This document shows positions 17,812 to 26,354 of a DNA stretch of 37,465 bases, piece by piece. A program made the position numbers and the translations under genes. Source of the stretch: a virus (lineage: Duplodnaviria > Caudoviricetes). The stretch lies in the IMG/VR virus record IMGVR_UViG_3300031689_000017, positions 1 through 37,465 of that record. One strand, 5' to 3'. A model generated the notes under the pieces. It was given only the letters and a program-made list of their open reading frames with translations. It ran no database searches and had not been told where the DNA came from. Numbering within the stretch: position 1 is the first letter of the stretch; each line of letters opens with the position of its first letter.

Positions 17812-19058
17812 TTTGCACCTCCCGGTGGCGGTGATCCCGGCTGTGGCAGCTGGACCTGGCCAGCCTGCGTGATGGGGACATTCTGCATCTGCATGCGGGG
17901 CACATCGCCGCCTTCGACCGGCGGCAGGTTCTCGAGAGCCCGGACCTCGTTGATGGTCATGACGCCGTTGGTGAGCATCTGCTGGTAGAAAGAGGCGCGC
18001 GCGGCACTGTCACCGCGCAGCAGACCTTCCAGGTTGAACTCGATGGTGATGCCGGCCAGCCGGTCAGCGACCGACAGCAACTGCTTTTCCAGGGCCTGCT
18101 CGATCCGTTTGAGGCGCCGGCGCAGCGTGAACTTCTGGAATCCCAGCGTCTGCTGCTCGAGCCCGGTGCCCCAGCTGGTGGTTTTCTCGGTGTGGCCGAC
18201 CATGAACGGCGGCACGCCGAAGAACCGGCACACCTCCTCGACCGAGAAGGACCGGCTCTGCAGCATCTGGGCATCTTCCGGGCTGATCGAAAGCTGGACC
18301 CAGTCCATGCCGCGGTCGAGCAGCATCGGCCGTCCGGCATTGATCGCGCCGGCAAATTTCTCCTGCAGCAGTTCCTCGGCCTGTTTGCGCTGCTCGATAT
18401 TGAGCGTGTCGGCCGTTTTCAGCAGGCCCGACGGGCGCACCCCGTTGCGGAACGTGTCACCCGAGGCCCGCTCGATTGCCTGCGCCAGCCCGAATGTCTG
18501 CCGTCCGGCGCTGAGCGTCGAGAGGCCGCCGAGCGGATTGCCGCCGAAGCCCCGGATGTGAAGGATCTGTTCCTGGCGGGCGATGTGGCGGATGCCCTTG
18601 TCGACCCATTCATATTCGAGCGCGCCATCATCGCGGCGGCGCACCGTCACCAGTTCGGGCGCGACCGGGACACCGAGCGCAATCACCCGGCCGTTCCCGG
18701 CCCGGATCACCTCGGCATAGGCATTGCCGTGCAGCTCGACGCTGGCACAGATGAACTCCCAGAAATCGAGGGCCGTCTGGTCCGCGTTCGGGCTGTCGTG
18801 CAGGATCCGGTAGAGCGGGTGATCGTCCGCGACCGTGCGGGCACCATTCTTGGTGCGATAAACTACCAGCGGTAGCGAAGCGATCGTGCCGGCCAGCAGG
18901 TTGACGCAGGCCCAGGCCGCGGCGAGGCCGAGAACCGAGGTGGTGCTGACGATCTCGCCGCTGGCGCTCGGGCGCGCGCCCATTTCCCGGTAGAGAAACG
19001 GGTCGGTGAGGCCGATCGAGCGGGCCAGGTAGCTGACCGCTTTTTGCAGCAGGTTCAC
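17808..19058 (-). CDS. HK97-family portal protein
   Basis: LHGNAY, ILHIRGF, EVCRFFGVPP, TINEVRALENLPP motifs. Confidence 0.95.
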   Translation of the reverse strand: MNLLQKAVSYLARSIGLTDPFLYREMGARPSASGEIVSTTSVLGLAAAWACVNLLAGTIASLPLVVYRTKNGARTVADDHPLYRILHDSPNADQTALDFWEFICASVELHGNAYAEVIRAGNGRVIALGVPVAPELVTVRRRDDGALEYEWVDKGIRHIARQEQILHIRGFGGNPLGGLSTLSAGRQTFGLAQAIERASGDTFRNGVRPSGLLKTADTLNIEQRKQAEELLQEKFAGAINAGRPMLLDRGMDWVQLSISPEDAQMLQSRSFSVEEVCRFFGVPPFMVGHTEKTTSWGTGLEQQTLGFQKFTLRRRLKRIEQALEKQLLSVADRLAGITIEFNLEGLLRGDSAARASFYQQMLTNGVMTINEVRALENLPPVEGGDVPRMQMQNVPITQAGQVQLPQPGSPPPGGAN

Positions 19059-20869
19059 GCGGCGAGGCTCTTCAGCCAGTCGTCGATCGTGCCGCCGGTG
19101 TCACTGGACATCGCCGCTCCTACCGCCATGCACAGCGCAACGGCTGCGTCGATCTTGTTCAGCGCCCTCTGCTTGGAGAGCCAGTAATTGTCCCAGCGGT
19201 CGGTCTCGATGACCGCCGACATGATCGCGGAGATCAGCACCGGATTGCGCCGCAGCCGGATCCGGCCTTCGAGCATCATCTCTTCAAGCTGGCGGACCGA
19301 GCCCGGCATCCACAGGCCCTGCGGCTCGCGGTCCTGGCTTTTGGCCGCCAGTTTCATGGCATCGGTCGGCTTGCCGCGCTTGGTGCCGCCCTGCGGGTGC
19401 TCGACAAACTCGAGATTGAGGCCGAGTTCGGCGATGTCCTCTTCCAGCCGCCGGAACGCATAACGATCGTAGGCGACCATCTGGACGTCGTAATCGCGGT
19501 CATATTCGGCCAGTGCCTGGGCAACGTGCCGGAAATTGATGTTCTCGCCCTGCGGCGCCTGCAGGAATCCTTGCGCCACCCAGACGTCATAGGGCTGCTT
19601 GTCGCGCAGGGTGCGTGCCTGCAGCGTGTCACCCGGCGTCCAGGTCTCGACCCAGGCATCGAAGCAGGGCTTGCCGTCCTTCTCGCCGGTCCGCTGCACG
19701 GCGGCCAAGGCGGTAATGTCGCGGTTCTGGCTAAGATCGAGCCCGAGCCAGACCTTGGTGCCGGGCTTAGGCTCGAAATCGGCCAGCAGCGGTTCGAGCG
19801 TCGCCCGGGTCATCCAGGCAGTCTCGGCGTCGGTCCAGACACAGAAATGCAAGCGCAGGATGCCGTTCAGTTGCCCCGGAATAGACCGGGCCTGGGCAAC
19901 GACCTCTGTGAGATATTCTTCCGTAATCGTGATGCCGAGCAGCGGATTGGCCTTGATCCAGCAGGCTGGATCATTGAGCGGATCATCGCCGTCATCGAGC
20001 GCGCAGACATAGCTGAACGTAGTGTCGTCGAGGACTTCGCCGAGATAGGTCGGGTCGGTCAGCGCGTCGATGTTGCCGGCCGCGACCTTGACCGCATGCT
20101 CATGTTCTTCCCACGCCACCGAATTGCGGTCGGAGCCCGAGTTGGTGATCATGAACAGCAGCGGCTCGCGCCGGAACTTGAAGCCACGCTCCAACATCTC
20201 GATGATCGAGCGGTCGGGCAGTTCGTGGATCTCGTCGGCCAGCACGAAATAGGGCCGCGGACCCGACCCGGTTTTGCCGGTGTCGCGCGACACGGGCCGG
20301 AAGAAGGACCCCGATCCATGGTGCGCGATGTTGAATTCACGCCCCGGACCGCCGGAGAATTCCAGCCGCCGCGCCAATGCCGGTGACTGGCGGACCATTT
20401 TCACCGCGTCGGCGAAGAGAATGCCGGCCTGTTCGCGCTTGGCGGCAGCGGCATAGATCTGTGCGCCAGCTTCCCCGGCAGCGGTCATGCCGAAGAGGCC
20501 AATCCCGCCCGCGACTGGGGATTTGCCGTTGCCTTTGCCCTGTTCGATGTACGCCCGGCGAAACCGCCTGCGGCCATCTGCCCGTTTCCAGCCGAACAGG
20601 CTGCCGATGATGAAGGCCTGGCTCGGCTCCAGCCGGAAGGGCTGGCCCTCGAACTGGCCTTCGGAGAGTTTGAGCACCTCCTCGAAAAACCCGAAGGCGT
20701 GGGTTGCAGCGTCCAGGTCAAACCGGACGCCGTCCGAGCGTTTCAGGTCATCGAGGTGGCGACGACAGGCATTACGGACATGGGGCCCTGCAACAATCTC
20801 GCCAGCAATGATGGCACGGGCGTAATCGGTCGTCCGATCAGCCGAGGAAGCGGTCGGCGGGGTCGGCAT
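19055..20869 (-). CDS. Terminase large subunit (604 aa)
   Basis: Walker A GKGNGKS, Walker B LADEIHE, WIKANPLL, GLDLS, KIDAAVA; start MPTPP at 20869 inside repeat copy A. Confidence 0.93.
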   Translation of the reverse strand: MPTPPTASSADRTTDYARAIIAGEIVAGPHVRNACRRHLDDLKRSDGVRFDLDAATHAFGFFEEVLKLSEGQFEGQPFRLEPSQAFIIGSLFGWKRADGRRRFRRAYIEQGKGNGKSPVAGGIGLFGMTAAGEAGAQIYAAAAKREQAGILFADAVKMVRQSPALARRLEFSGGPGREFNIAHHGSGSFFRPVSRDTGKTGSGPRPYFVLADEIHELPDRSIIEMLERGFKFRREPLLFMITNSGSDRNSVAWEEHEHAVKVAAGNIDALTDPTYLGEVLDDTTFSYVCALDDGDDPLNDPACWIKANPLLGITITEEYLTEVVAQARSIPGQLNGILRLHFCVWTDAETAWMTRATLEPLLADFEPKPGTKVWLGLDLSQNRDITALAAVQRTGEKDGKPCFDAWVETWTPGDTLQARTLRDKQPYDVWVAQGFLQAPQGENINFRHVAQALAEYDRDYDVQMVAYDRYAFRRLEEDIAELGLNLEFVEHPQGGTKRGKPTDAMKLAAKSQDREPQGLWMPGSVRQLEEMMLEGRIRLRRNPVLISAIMSAVIETDRWDNYWLSKQRALNKIDAAVALCMAVGAAMSSDTGGTIDDWLKSLAA

Positions 20870-20948
20870 CTTGCGACGACGTTTCCGCCGAGATCCTGCT
20901 TCTGGCACTGGGCGTCACCCCGAATTCTGCGGCGTAACGCATCATGTC
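20829..20948. repeat. Copy A of a 120-bp direct repeat (duplicate terS 3' end carrying the terL start)
   Basis: Ungapped match to 21549-21668 (offset 720) with 10 mismatches counted by hand. Confidence 0.95.
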
Positions 20949-21029
20949 GGCCCAAACTCCCAATACTGAGTGATGTCTCCGACGTTTCCGCTCCACCGAT
21001 GATTAACAAATAGTCGCTACACTTGCGGC

Positions 21030-21524
21030 ATGAATGACATGCCCCGAGATTTACTGCCGCCTGAACCGGCTAACCGCGAGAAAGCGCTTCAGTCCGCTCA
21101 TGTCTTCCGAAGCAAACTGATCGAACGTTGCGCACAGGTCGAACGATGGGCGGCACAGACGATTGCGGTCCTTGCACCAGCACCTTCGGGAAAAAGCCGC
21201 CCGGCGCTCGTCCTGCTTGGAAACAGGTTAGACGAAATCCGTGACTTGGCGCGCAAGGGCCCGGAACTATTCAAAAACCCTGCGCGGATCATTGAAAGGA
21301 TGAATCAGTTCCAGCCCTTCTCGGAACTCCGCAGCGAACTTGCCCACGCAACGACTGATGCACTCGTTCTGGAAGATGGATCGGTCCAGATACAGTTCGA
21401 TAATGCAGGCCTCGTTCATCCCCTGATCGAACGGCGGATCATATTGGGCGAGGAAAAAATGCGGGAAATCGCAAGCAACTTGGCAAGTCTGGTCAACCAA
21501 ATCAGGCAGCTTGAACTCAAATAA
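21030..21524 (+). CDS. Moron, candidate HEPN-domain protein (164 aa)
   Basis: Helical protein with LRSELAH (RxxxxH); antisense to the operon; AT-richer; TACACT -10-like hexamer ending 6 nt before the ATG. Confidence 0.7.
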   Translation: MNDMPRDLLPPEPANREKALQSAHVFRSKLIERCAQVERWAAQTIAVLAPAPSGKSRPALVLLGNRLDEIRDLARKGPELFKNPARIIERMNQFQPFSELRSELAHATTDALVLEDGSVQIQFDNAGLVHPLIERRIILGEEKMREIASNLASLVNQIRQLELK

Positions 21525-21548
21525 TCACCGTTTTTGGCTCACCCACCT

Positions 21549-21668
21549 GTCGTCCGATTAACCGAAGAAGCGGTCGGCGGGATCGGTGTCTTGCGTCGAC
21601 GTTTCCGCTGAGATCCTGCTTCTGGCACTGGGCGTCATCCCGAATTCTGCAGCGTAACGCATCATGTC
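21549..21668. repeat. Copy B of the 120-bp direct repeat (functional terS 3' end)
   Basis: Matches copy A; the terL ATG position reads ACA in this copy. Confidence 0.95.
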
Positions 21669-22040
21669 TGCGGCCGCCTTGTTGGCGGTGCCGACGAGCG
21701 GGTTCTGGATGGCGTTGCCGTTCGATGTCTTGATCATCAGGCCGCCGGTCAGCTGGTCCTTCTCGGCCATCTTCGCGATCGCGCGCTCGGCCTGAACCCA
21801 GCGGCCATAGGCCTGGGCATAGGCAGCGAGCGCAGCCCGATCGACCTCGGACAACAGCCCAACCCGGTGCAGCCAGTGCGCGACCCGGTTCCACTCTTCG
21901 AGCGCGTCAGCGGTAAGATGGGGCGGCGGTGCCGGCAGCGCCGGGATGGTTTTTGCCTCTTTGCGATTAAGCGGCCGCTTGCCGCGGTTGCCCTCGATCA
22001 GCTTGAGATGGGTTGGTTTGGGCTTGGTGCCGGGTTTCAC
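21558..22040 (-). CDS. Terminase small subunit, P27 family
   Basis: KPKPTHLKLIEGN, IQNPLV, AEFGMTPSARSRI motifs; GTG start with AAGGA RBS. Confidence 0.93.
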   Translation of the reverse strand: MKPGTKPKPTHLKLIEGNRGKRPLNRKEAKTIPALPAPPPHLTADALEEWNRVAHWLHRVGLLSEVDRAALAAYAQAYGRWVQAERAIAKMAEKDQLTGGLMIKTSNGNAIQNPLVGTANKAAADMMRYAAEFGMTPSARSRISAETSTQDTDPADRFFG

Positions 22041-22100
22041 TTGGGCGGTCCTTCAACTATGCGTCGTGACCAGCCTGCTCCCACCACCCACACCAGGGTC

Positions 22101-22538
22101 ATGACGATTTTCAGTTTTCTGCTCTTTGCTGCCGCTGCTGTTGCCCCCTCGGGCGAGACTTTCACCTGTACGCCCACCCGGGTGTGGGACGGCGACGGGC
22201 CGATCTGGTGCGCCGAAGGCCCGCGTATCCGTCTGTCCGGCATCGCGGCGCGCGAGATGGACGGCACCTGCCGCCCGGGACAACCATGCCCTGACGCCTC
22301 GGCGGAACAGGCCCGAGATGCGCTGGTCGACCTGATCGGACGCCCAGTTGGTGTTTCCCCCGAAGGACATATCCTGGTGAGCGGTCCGGCTCTGCGCTGC
22401 CGGTCGGAAGGCAGTGCTGGTGGTTCGAGGACTGCAGCCTGGTGCGTGTCACCCAGATCCGGCGATCTGTCCTGCGCGATGGTCAGGGGTGGCTGGGCAC
22501 TGCGGTGGGATCGGTATTGGCGCCAGCACCGTTGCTGA
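22101..22538 (+). CDS. Thermonuclease (SNase)-fold protein with signal peptide (145 aa), moron
   Basis: Hydrophobic N-terminus MTIFSFLLFAAAAVA; RVWDGDG, RIRLSGIAARE, DLSCAMVRGGWA; 8 Cys. Confidence 0.75.
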   Translation: MTIFSFLLFAAAAVAPSGETFTCTPTRVWDGDGPIWCAEGPRIRLSGIAAREMDGTCRPGQPCPDASAEQARDALVDLIGRPVGVSPEGHILVSGPALRCRSEGSAGGSRTAAWCVSPRSGDLSCAMVRGGWALRWDRYWRQHRC

Positions 22539-23772
22539 CCTGAGCTGAGACTTCCTCAAAGCTCCTGCCATCAGCTTCCAGCGTCGCGGCGCTGCCGGTG
22601 AAATCCTGCCAGCGCTTGATAGCGACATCGATATAGGCAGGGTTCAGCTCGATCGCATGGATCGAGCGGCCGGTCATTTCGCCAGCAATGATGGTGCTGC
22701 CCGAGCCTGAGAACGGCTCGTAGACCGCCTGACCGGGACTGGAATTGTTCTCGATCGGGCGCTTCATGCATTCGACCGGCTTCTGGGTGCCGTGTCCCGT
22801 CTCGTTCTTCTTGGGCTTGGGAATATGCCAGATCGTGGTCTGCTTACGGTCGCCCGACCAGTGGCCTTTCGCGCCCTTTTTGACGGCATACCAGCAAGGC
22901 TCATGCTCCCAATGATAGTCACCGCGGGACAAAACTAGCTGGCCCTTGTCCCAGATGATCTGGGAACGGAGATGGAAGTCGCAGGCAGCCAAGCTGTCGC
23001 CGACAACACCGGCAAACAGTCCGGCGTGCCAAACATAGGCGACCTCACCCGGGAACAAAGCCCAGGCCTCGCGCCAGTCGGCCTTGTCGTCGTTGAGCAC
23101 TTTGCCCTTGGCAGAACCCGAGGCGGCGACGCCAGCCTTCTCGCGCCATGCAGGGTCATATTCCACACCATAAGGTGGGTCAGTGACCATCAGATGCGGG
23201 GTGACCCCGTTCAGAGCTTTGGCGACGGTGTCGGCGTCGGTGCTGTCACCGCAGACGAGGCGGTGCTTACCGAGCAGCCAGACGTCGCCGGGTTTGGCAA
23301 CCGGGTCTGCTGGCACCTCGGGAATCTCGTCCGGATCGGTCAGCCCCTCGGTCTTTCCGGCTAGCAGCTTCGACAGCTCGTCGTCCGAGAAACCCGTCAG
23401 CATCAGGTCGAAGTCGAAGCCTTGCAGGTCACCGAGTTCGACCGCGAGCAGTTCGAGGTCCCAGCCAGCGTTCAGCGCCAGCTTGTTGTCCGCGATGACA
23501 TATGCCTTCTTCTGGGCCTCGCTCCAGCCCTTCGCGACCATGGTTGGAATTTGCGTCAGGCCCAGCTTGCGCGCCGCCAGCAGGCGACCGTGGCCGGCAA
23601 TCAGGCCACCGTCCTCATCGACCAGCACCGGGTTGGTCCAGCCCCATTCCCGGATCGATGCCGCGATCTGCGCGACCTGTTCGTCCGAGTGCGTGCGGGA
23701 ATTGCGCGCGTATGGCGTGATTTTCTCTATCGGCCAGAACTGGCTGTTCTGGGCCGGCCAATCTTGCGACAT
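22483..23772 (-). CDS. ParB-N-terminal DNA methyltransferase (N6/N4, beta class)
   Basis: ParB-like NSRTHS...IAGHGR; DPPY (motif IV), HGTQKP, EPFSGSGST (motif I). Confidence 0.93.
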   Translation of the reverse strand: MSQDWPAQNSQFWPIEKITPYARNSRTHSDEQVAQIAASIREWGWTNPVLVDEDGGLIAGHGRLLAARKLGLTQIPTMVAKGWSEAQKKAYVIADNKLALNAGWDLELLAVELGDLQGFDFDLMLTGFSDDELSKLLAGKTEGLTDPDEIPEVPADPVAKPGDVWLLGKHRLVCGDSTDADTVAKALNGVTPHLMVTDPPYGVEYDPAWREKAGVAASGSAKGKVLNDDKADWREAWALFPGEVAYVWHAGLFAGVVGDSLAACDFHLRSQIIWDKGQLVLSRGDYHWEHEPCWYAVKKGAKGHWSGDRKQTTIWHIPKPKKNETGHGTQKPVECMKRPIENNSSPGQAVYEPFSGSGSTIIAGEMTGRSIHAIELNPAYIDVAIKRWQDFTGSAATLEADGRSFEEVSAQVSNGAGANTDPTAVPSHP

Positions 23773-23840
23773 GGCGCTCCTTTGGGGTGAGCGCCGGTGT
23801 CCGCGCGCTCAAAATCCGATATGGCAACAAATATCTTGCG

Positions 23841-23863
23841 TTTTTGCATCAAAACTGCAAAAA
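23841..23863. promoter_or_regulatory. Inverted repeat upstream of the rloA-like gene, candidate operator
   Basis: TTTTTGCA-tcaaaac-TGCAAAAA perfect 8-bp arms in an AT-rich promoter region, followed by GATAAT. Confidence 0.5.
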
Positions 23864-23896
23864 GTCAGATTATTGATAATGAGAGGGATGGATCCG

Positions 23897-25165
23897 ATGC
23901 TCGTTGAGTTCCGTGTTACGAACTTCCGCTCCCTGCGGGACGAACAGGTTCTCAGCCTTGTGGCGTCTAAAGACAAAACCTTGCAGGACACCCACACCCT
24001 GGAAACCGGCGTCAACGCAGTGCCTAAGCTATTGCGTAGCGCAGTGATCTACGGCGCCAATGCAAGTGGGAAGTCGAATCTTGTTAAGGCGTTGCAATAC
24101 ATGCGGGGCGTTGTGATCGAATCCGCCAGCATGATTCAACCCGGCCAAACCTACGCGGTGCAGCCGTTCCGGCTGGATACCGAATCTGCCAGCCAGCCCA
24201 CCGAGTTCGAAGCGACTTTCCTGCTGGACGGTGTCCGATACCAGTACGGCTTTGCCATGACTCCCGAGCGCATCGTCCGTGAACACCTTATGGTCTACAA
24301 GGCCTTTAAGCCGCAGCGCTGGTTCGAACGTCGCTACGATGCTGAAACGGGCAAGGATGTCTACGACTTTGGCCCCGGCCTTAAAGGTCCAAAGAACGTA
24401 TGGGAAGGCGCGACGCGTCCCAACGCCTTGTTTCTATCAATGGCAGTTCAACTCAACAGTGAAGCCCTTCGGCCTGTGTTTGACTGGTTTTCCGGCAAGC
24501 TCGTTGTCTTTAATGAGCAGGCCCAGCTAAATCCGCAGATCGCGATCCAGCGACTAAAAGAGCCTGAAGGGCGTAAGGAAATTTGTAACTTCCTGAGTTC
24601 CGCGGACATTAGCATTGCTGACATAGACGTGGTCACGCGCAAGGTACCGGGTCAGGCTGTCCACTTCGACCTAGTGGCTGGCAAGACCGAAGTGCGTACA
24701 GAGGAAATGGAAGAAAATCAGCTCAGATTCCATCACATTACCGAAAATGGTAAGGCTGTCTTCGATATTTCCGAAGAATCTAGCGGCACACGTAATCTTC
24801 TGTTTCTTAGTGGGCCTGTGCTTGACATTCTAGCTAACGGTTTAACTTTGGTAATAGACGAACTAGATACAAGTCTGCACACCTTATTGGTGCGTGAACT
24901 CGTGCGCCTATTCCATTGCCCGGAAGCAAATAAAGGCGGAGCGCAGCTGATATTTACGACCCATGATACATCACTACTTGATGCGCCAAATCTGTTTCGC
25001 CGAGATCAAGTTTGGTTTGTAGAAAAGGATCGCGATCAGGCTTCCGGGCTGGTGGCATTGTCCGAATTCAGCCCCCGTAAGAACGAAGCACTGGAGCGCG
25101 GCTACCTGATGGGTCGTTACGGTGGAGTACCTTTCCTAACTGACACATTGGGACTCAAGCACTGA
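23897..25165 (+). CDS. RloA/AbiLi-like ABC-type ATPase (AAA_21, 422 aa)
   Basis: Start MLVEFRVTNFRS; Walker A GANASGKSN, ESSGT, Walker B LVIDELD, FTTHD, GRYGGVP. Confidence 0.9.
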   Translation: MLVEFRVTNFRSLRDEQVLSLVASKDKTLQDTHTLETGVNAVPKLLRSAVIYGANASGKSNLVKALQYMRGVVIESASMIQPGQTYAVQPFRLDTESASQPTEFEATFLLDGVRYQYGFAMTPERIVREHLMVYKAFKPQRWFERRYDAETGKDVYDFGPGLKGPKNVWEGATRPNALFLSMAVQLNSEALRPVFDWFSGKLVVFNEQAQLNPQIAIQRLKEPEGRKEICNFLSSADISIADIDVVTRKVPGQAVHFDLVAGKTEVRTEEMEENQLRFHHITENGKAVFDISEESSGTRNLLFLSGPVLDILANGLTLVIDELDTSLHTLLVRELVRLFHCPEANKGGAQLIFTTHDTSLLDAPNLFRRDQVWFVEKDRDQASGLVALSEFSPRKNEALERGYLMGRYGGVPFLTDTLGLKH

Positions 25166-25842
25166 TGGCCCGCGACAACTCCCCAAGGGAGCGCCAAAGA
25201 AAGCAGCTTGAAAGGAAATTGGGGCGGCGTGCCAGCTTCGACAGGATCCTGATCGTCTCAGAAGGCAGCAAGACTGAGCCAAACTACTTCAAGGAGATCC
25301 GTGCTTCCTACCGCCTGCATACAGCGAATGTGAACGTGCGGCCCAGTGAGCTGGGCACCGCACCAATCCAGGTTGTGCAATACGCTCGAGAACTGTTCGA
25401 AAGCGGGGATCGGCACAAAAATATTCAATCTCGCGCATTCGAACAAGTTTATGCCGTATTCGACCGCGATGATCATGACAGCTATTTTGATGCGCTCCGA
25501 CTGGCCGAGACGCTCGACGGAAAATTGCGCAATGACTCCAAACAATCTATTGTTTTCAAGGCCATCGCGTCGGTTCCTAGCTTCGAGCTATGGTTGCTCC
25601 TCCATTATGAGGATATTCAGGCTTCGCTTCACCGAGACGAGGTGATGCGCCGCCTGAAAAATCATATACCGGGCTATGAAAAAGGTGCGGGGAGCGTGTT
25701 TTCTACCACTCGCGAGCATTTGCCTACTGCCACTGCAAGAGCTGAGCGGCTTGCTGAGCGCTTTACAGCACACGATGCCCCAGAGCCCTACACAGCGATC
25801 ACTGATCTTGTGAAACTACTCACGAACTTGCGAGAGAATTAG
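25165..25842 (+). CDS. RloB/AbiLii-like TOPRIM-fold protein
   Basis: IVSEGSKTEPNYF, VFDRDDH, PSFELWLLLH motifs; TGATG coupling with the ATPase gene. Confidence 0.9.
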   Translation: MARDNSPRERQRKQLERKLGRRASFDRILIVSEGSKTEPNYFKEIRASYRLHTANVNVRPSELGTAPIQVVQYARELFESGDRHKNIQSRAFEQVYAVFDRDDHDSYFDALRLAETLDGKLRNDSKQSIVFKAIASVPSFELWLLLHYEDIQASLHRDEVMRRLKNHIPGYEKGAGSVFSTTREHLPTATARAERLAERFTAHDAPEPYTAITDLVKLLTNLREN

Positions 25843-25864
25843 GCGCTAAGTCGAGCGGCGCCCT

Positions 25865-25961
25865 GCCACCCCCCGGTCGCTAACTCGCGGGCGTGAGAAG
25901 TTTGGACCAAGCGCGGTTTCCGTCCCGCAGGCCCCAGAGTTTCGACCCGCCCCCCGGGGGG
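25865..25961. other. Candidate cos/packaging region
   Basis: Non-coding stretch immediately downstream of HNH with a C6G6 palindrome (25950-25961) and minus-strand GGGGGGCGGGTCGAAACTCT...GGAAACCGCG; usual cos location in HNH/P27-terS phages. Confidence 0.5.
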
Positions 25962-25962
25962 A

Positions 25963-26229
25963 TCAGCTGATGGGCCAGCCATCAGGGCCGGTGCCGACCG
26001 TCCGGCGGAGCCCGAACTGCTCGGCCGTGCGAGCCTGGTGGCAGTCAGCGCACAGGCAGCGGATGTTGCTGTCGTCGTCCGAACCGCCACGGCCCAGCGG
26101 CACGATGTGGTCCGGCACGCTGGCCTCGCGAACGATGCCTCGGCCAGCGCAGTCCCGGCAGAGCGGTTCAGCCTGCAAGCGCCGCAAACGCTGAGTGACG
26201 GCCCTGCGTCCGCGCAGTCGTTCGGCCAT
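25963..26229 (-). CDS. HNH endonuclease, terminase-associated (88 aa)
   Basis: PLCRDC...DHIVP...NIRCLCADCH; start MAERL at 26229. Confidence 0.9.
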   Translation of the reverse strand: MAERLRGRRAVTQRLRRLQAEPLCRDCAGRGIVREASVPDHIVPLGRGGSDDDSNIRCLCADCHQARTAEQFGLRRTVGTGPDGWPIS

Positions 26230-26354
26230 TGGCAGGCCCTCGAAAGGAACAACGCCCGGAAGCTGGTGAGCTCCGGGCGCAGTTCCCAATCCTCTATTTC
26301 GGAAGAATGCCGAAGACCGTCCATAAAAACAAGGGAAACGGCCATTTTCAGGCG

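Noticed and set aside
20829-21668. Repeat pair as a diversity-generating retroelement TR/VR
   Set aside because: Mismatches are mostly ordinary transitions, not confined to adenines of one copy on one strand, and there is no reverse transcriptase in the window.
22483-23772. Phage MTase as the Mod partner of the type III Res
   Set aside because: It has the ParB-fused architecture typical of phage packaging regions and lies about 20 kb away; a true mod gene would be upstream of res, outside the window.
23183-23896. N-terminal 238-aa extension of the ATPase ORF
   Set aside because: Mostly antisense to the MTase; the family N-terminus (MLVEFRVTNFRS) and an RBS place the start at 23897.
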